Source of the DNA: Macrostomum lignano
Lineage: Eukaryota
Reading direction: 5' to 3'
Assembly: GCA_002269645.1 (NCBI GenBank)
Contig: NIVC01000090.1
Location: forward strand, 1-64,000
Length of the DNA: 64,000 bases
Shown: piece by piece, positions 62,201 to 64,000 of the stretch
Numbering within the stretch: the first letter of the stretch is position 1
Layout: every line of letters begins with the position of its first letter
Made by a program: the position numbers and the translations under genes
Notes under the pieces: generated by a model
Seen by the model: the letters and a program-made list of their open reading frames with translations, nothing else
Database searches by the model: none
Told to the model about the DNA's origin: nothing

Positions 62201-63754
62201 AGCCGAGTGCGGTGCCGCGGTGCTGCTCTTGCACACGCTGGCGAAGTGGTTGAGCTTCCCGCACTTCTTACACGCTTTGCCACGGGCAGCGCAGCGCGGG
62301 TCGCTGCCTGTGCGGTGGCCCGGCTTACCGCAGTGCGAGCAGCAGGGCTCCTGCGATGGTCGCGCTGCCTGGCCTCTGGTGCCGATCGGAGCTCTCTTGG
62401 CGTTGATCTTCCTGACGCTGTCGTCAGCTGCATTCTTGCCGATCAAGGACTTCTCACTCTGGACAGCTTTTTCCACCTGGGCGGAAATCTGGATTGCTCT
62501 ATCCAGGGTGAGCTCTTGCTCTAGCAGGAGGCGTTCGCGCACCTTCGCTGATGAAGTTCCGAAGATCAGCTGGTCCAAGATGAGGTCGTCGTGAAGGCTC
62601 TGGAGCTCGCAGTCTCTGGCGGCATAGCGCAAGTTTGCCACGAATGCATGCACGCCTCCGCCGCTCCGCTGGACGCACTTCCGGAAGTGGCGCTTGGCAT
62701 ACACGCTGACGGTGGGCTGAAAGTGCTCCTTGAGCAGTTTGCATGCCGTTTCGAGTGTCGCTGGAGCTTCATCTGGAGACTTGATGAGAGTCCGGTAGAC
62801 TCGCACTCCTTCCCGCCCGAGGCAGTGCACGAGCAGTGCGATCTTCCTGGCTTCTTGCAAGCCGTCGACTCCTGACGCTAGCAGGTAGGTGTCGAACTCA
62901 GCGGCCCAAGTTTCCCACGAAACCACAGGTGTTCCCGGGTTGTCGAGAAATGGAGGCGGTTCTCTGAGGTTTAGTCGTAGCGCTGGCGCTGTGGCGTTGT
63001 CAGAGCTGCTCATTTCTAACTTCGCTGTGCTGAGTTTGCAGAATGTGCTGAGTTTTCGCTAAGTCCCTGCTTGCGATGCCAGTGTTGTGGCACCTGTCCA
63101 AATGAATTAAATCAATTCACTTAAGGTGAAGGAGAGGAGAGGTGGCTCTCAGCTACAGTGAGCTAGCCAATATATTGTCTGACTGATACAAGATAGATGT
63201 ACATCGGTGCGCGTACGTTACATGATAGCATTGAGCATGCACATTCACAACAATCTGCCTAAGACACCAAAGATGGCACCTCTACCAACTAACCTATCGA
63301 TCCTAGCAAATACTGTTGCGTCAATAGCAACCAAACGTGACTAGTTGGTCGACCTTAGCAACCAACTCGTGGATAGCAACCAGCTAGAACTAAGCTCAGT
63401 CAAAATCTTGGTTCGCGGTTGGTTTAATCTCCCTGACTTCCTGTTTCAGTGCTGGACGTTCTATCCACTTGGTACAGTGAAATCAAGGACTACAATTTTG
63501 ATCAGCACAACGAGTCGCCGCGCACTTGTAAGAAACCTACTTAAATACTACTTCATTTCAATGAAATGAGTAGCATAGTTTGTTCCCCCATTTTTTCAGC
63601 TTTCTTTACTCAAATGATCTGGGCTTCAACTCGAGTTGCCGGATTCGCCAAAGCAAAGTCGAAGTCCGGCAGAACCTTCATTGTGGCCAGATTTCGACCT
63701 ACGGGCAATTTGGTCGGTGAATATCAGGCAAATGTGTTCCCTCCCATCGGCTAG
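59259..63754 (+). CDS. CAP/SCP-TAPS superfamily protein, GAPR-1/GLIPR2-like, 178 aa (exons 59259-59562, 63450-63527, 63600-63754)
   Basis: CLTIVNNYRRVHGVP...AQVWA...GENVG...|VLDVLSTWYSEIKDYNFDQ...|FFTQMIWASTRVAGFAKAKSKSGRTFIVARFRPTGN matches GAPR-1. Kozak ACCGCCATGG, phase-1 junctions consistent, no signal peptide. Confidence 0.9.
60035..63252 (-). mobile_element. Ty3/gypsy LTR retrotransposon (Mag/K02A2.6-like), 3'-truncated and frameshifted, antisense in CAP intron 1
   Basis: gag with two CCHC knuckles (62027-63013), protease LVDTAAKVSI, RT (LCVDLRSVNK, MPFGISAAPAAFQ, YQDD), RNase H (YSASEKEALA, TDHQAL), integrase HHCC (AHQGHLG..CSAC) and ITTDNGPQF, in gypsy order. Confidence 0.95.
63083..63252 (-). 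mobile_element. 5' LTR (170 bp) of the gypsy element, followed by a PBS
   Basis: The minus strand starts TGTTGTG and ends CACAACA (7-bp inverted ends), then C-TGGCATCGC (PBS-like), ~70 nt before the gag ATG. Confidence 0.8.
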
Positions 63755-63879
63755 CAACTGAATGATGCTCAGTGTTTGATAGGGTATTTCGATGTTTAAT
63801 AAACTATTAGACTTTATTGTTAATAAGCCTCAATATATAAAAACTTGTTGTCGAACAAAATTTGCTTTAAATGTGTCTT

Positions 63880-64000
63880 TAGTTGGGCGCATGTGTCTTT
63901 AATCGGGCGCATGTGTCTTTAATTGGGCACATTTGTCTTTAATTGGGCACATGTGTCTTTAATTGGGCACCTGTGTCTTTAATTGGGCACCTGTGTCTTT
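63880..64000. repeat. 20-bp minisatellite (AATTGGGCACATGTGTCTTT), runs off the window end
   Basis: Read directly. Confidence 0.9.

Overview
Eukaryotic (animal) genomic DNA, most likely a free-living flatworm such as Macrostomum. This is an inference from a TAL-type EF-hand protein, a Mag-type gypsy element, an RTE LINE and minisatellite-filled introns. Reconstructing exons by hand (GT-AG junctions, consistent phases) gives nine protein genes: a partial RhoGAP (-), a 79-aa CCAP-like neuropeptide precursor missed by the ORF track (-), a 126-aa four-EF-hand protein with a TAL-like N-lobe (-), NIPSNAP (-) head-to-head with CCDC42/CFAP73 (+), an IRS/chico-like PH-PTB adaptor (+), PARPBP/PARI (+), an intronless divergent class A GPCR (-) and a GAPR-1-like CAP protein (+). 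Intron 1 of the CAP gene holds a truncated antisense gypsy retrotransposon. Other mobile DNA includes two hAT MITEs with TSDs, an RTE relic, a Tc1 relic, tRNA-derived SINEs and a foldback-like TIR unit. About 25 distinct tandem arrays, mostly with 18-34 bp units, fill roughly a third of the window and produce most of the long ORFs in the track, which are artefacts. The most striking signal is that several arrays are built from splice-site sequence. The clearest case is a ~28-copy amplification of the exon2/intron2 donor junction of the IRS-like gene.
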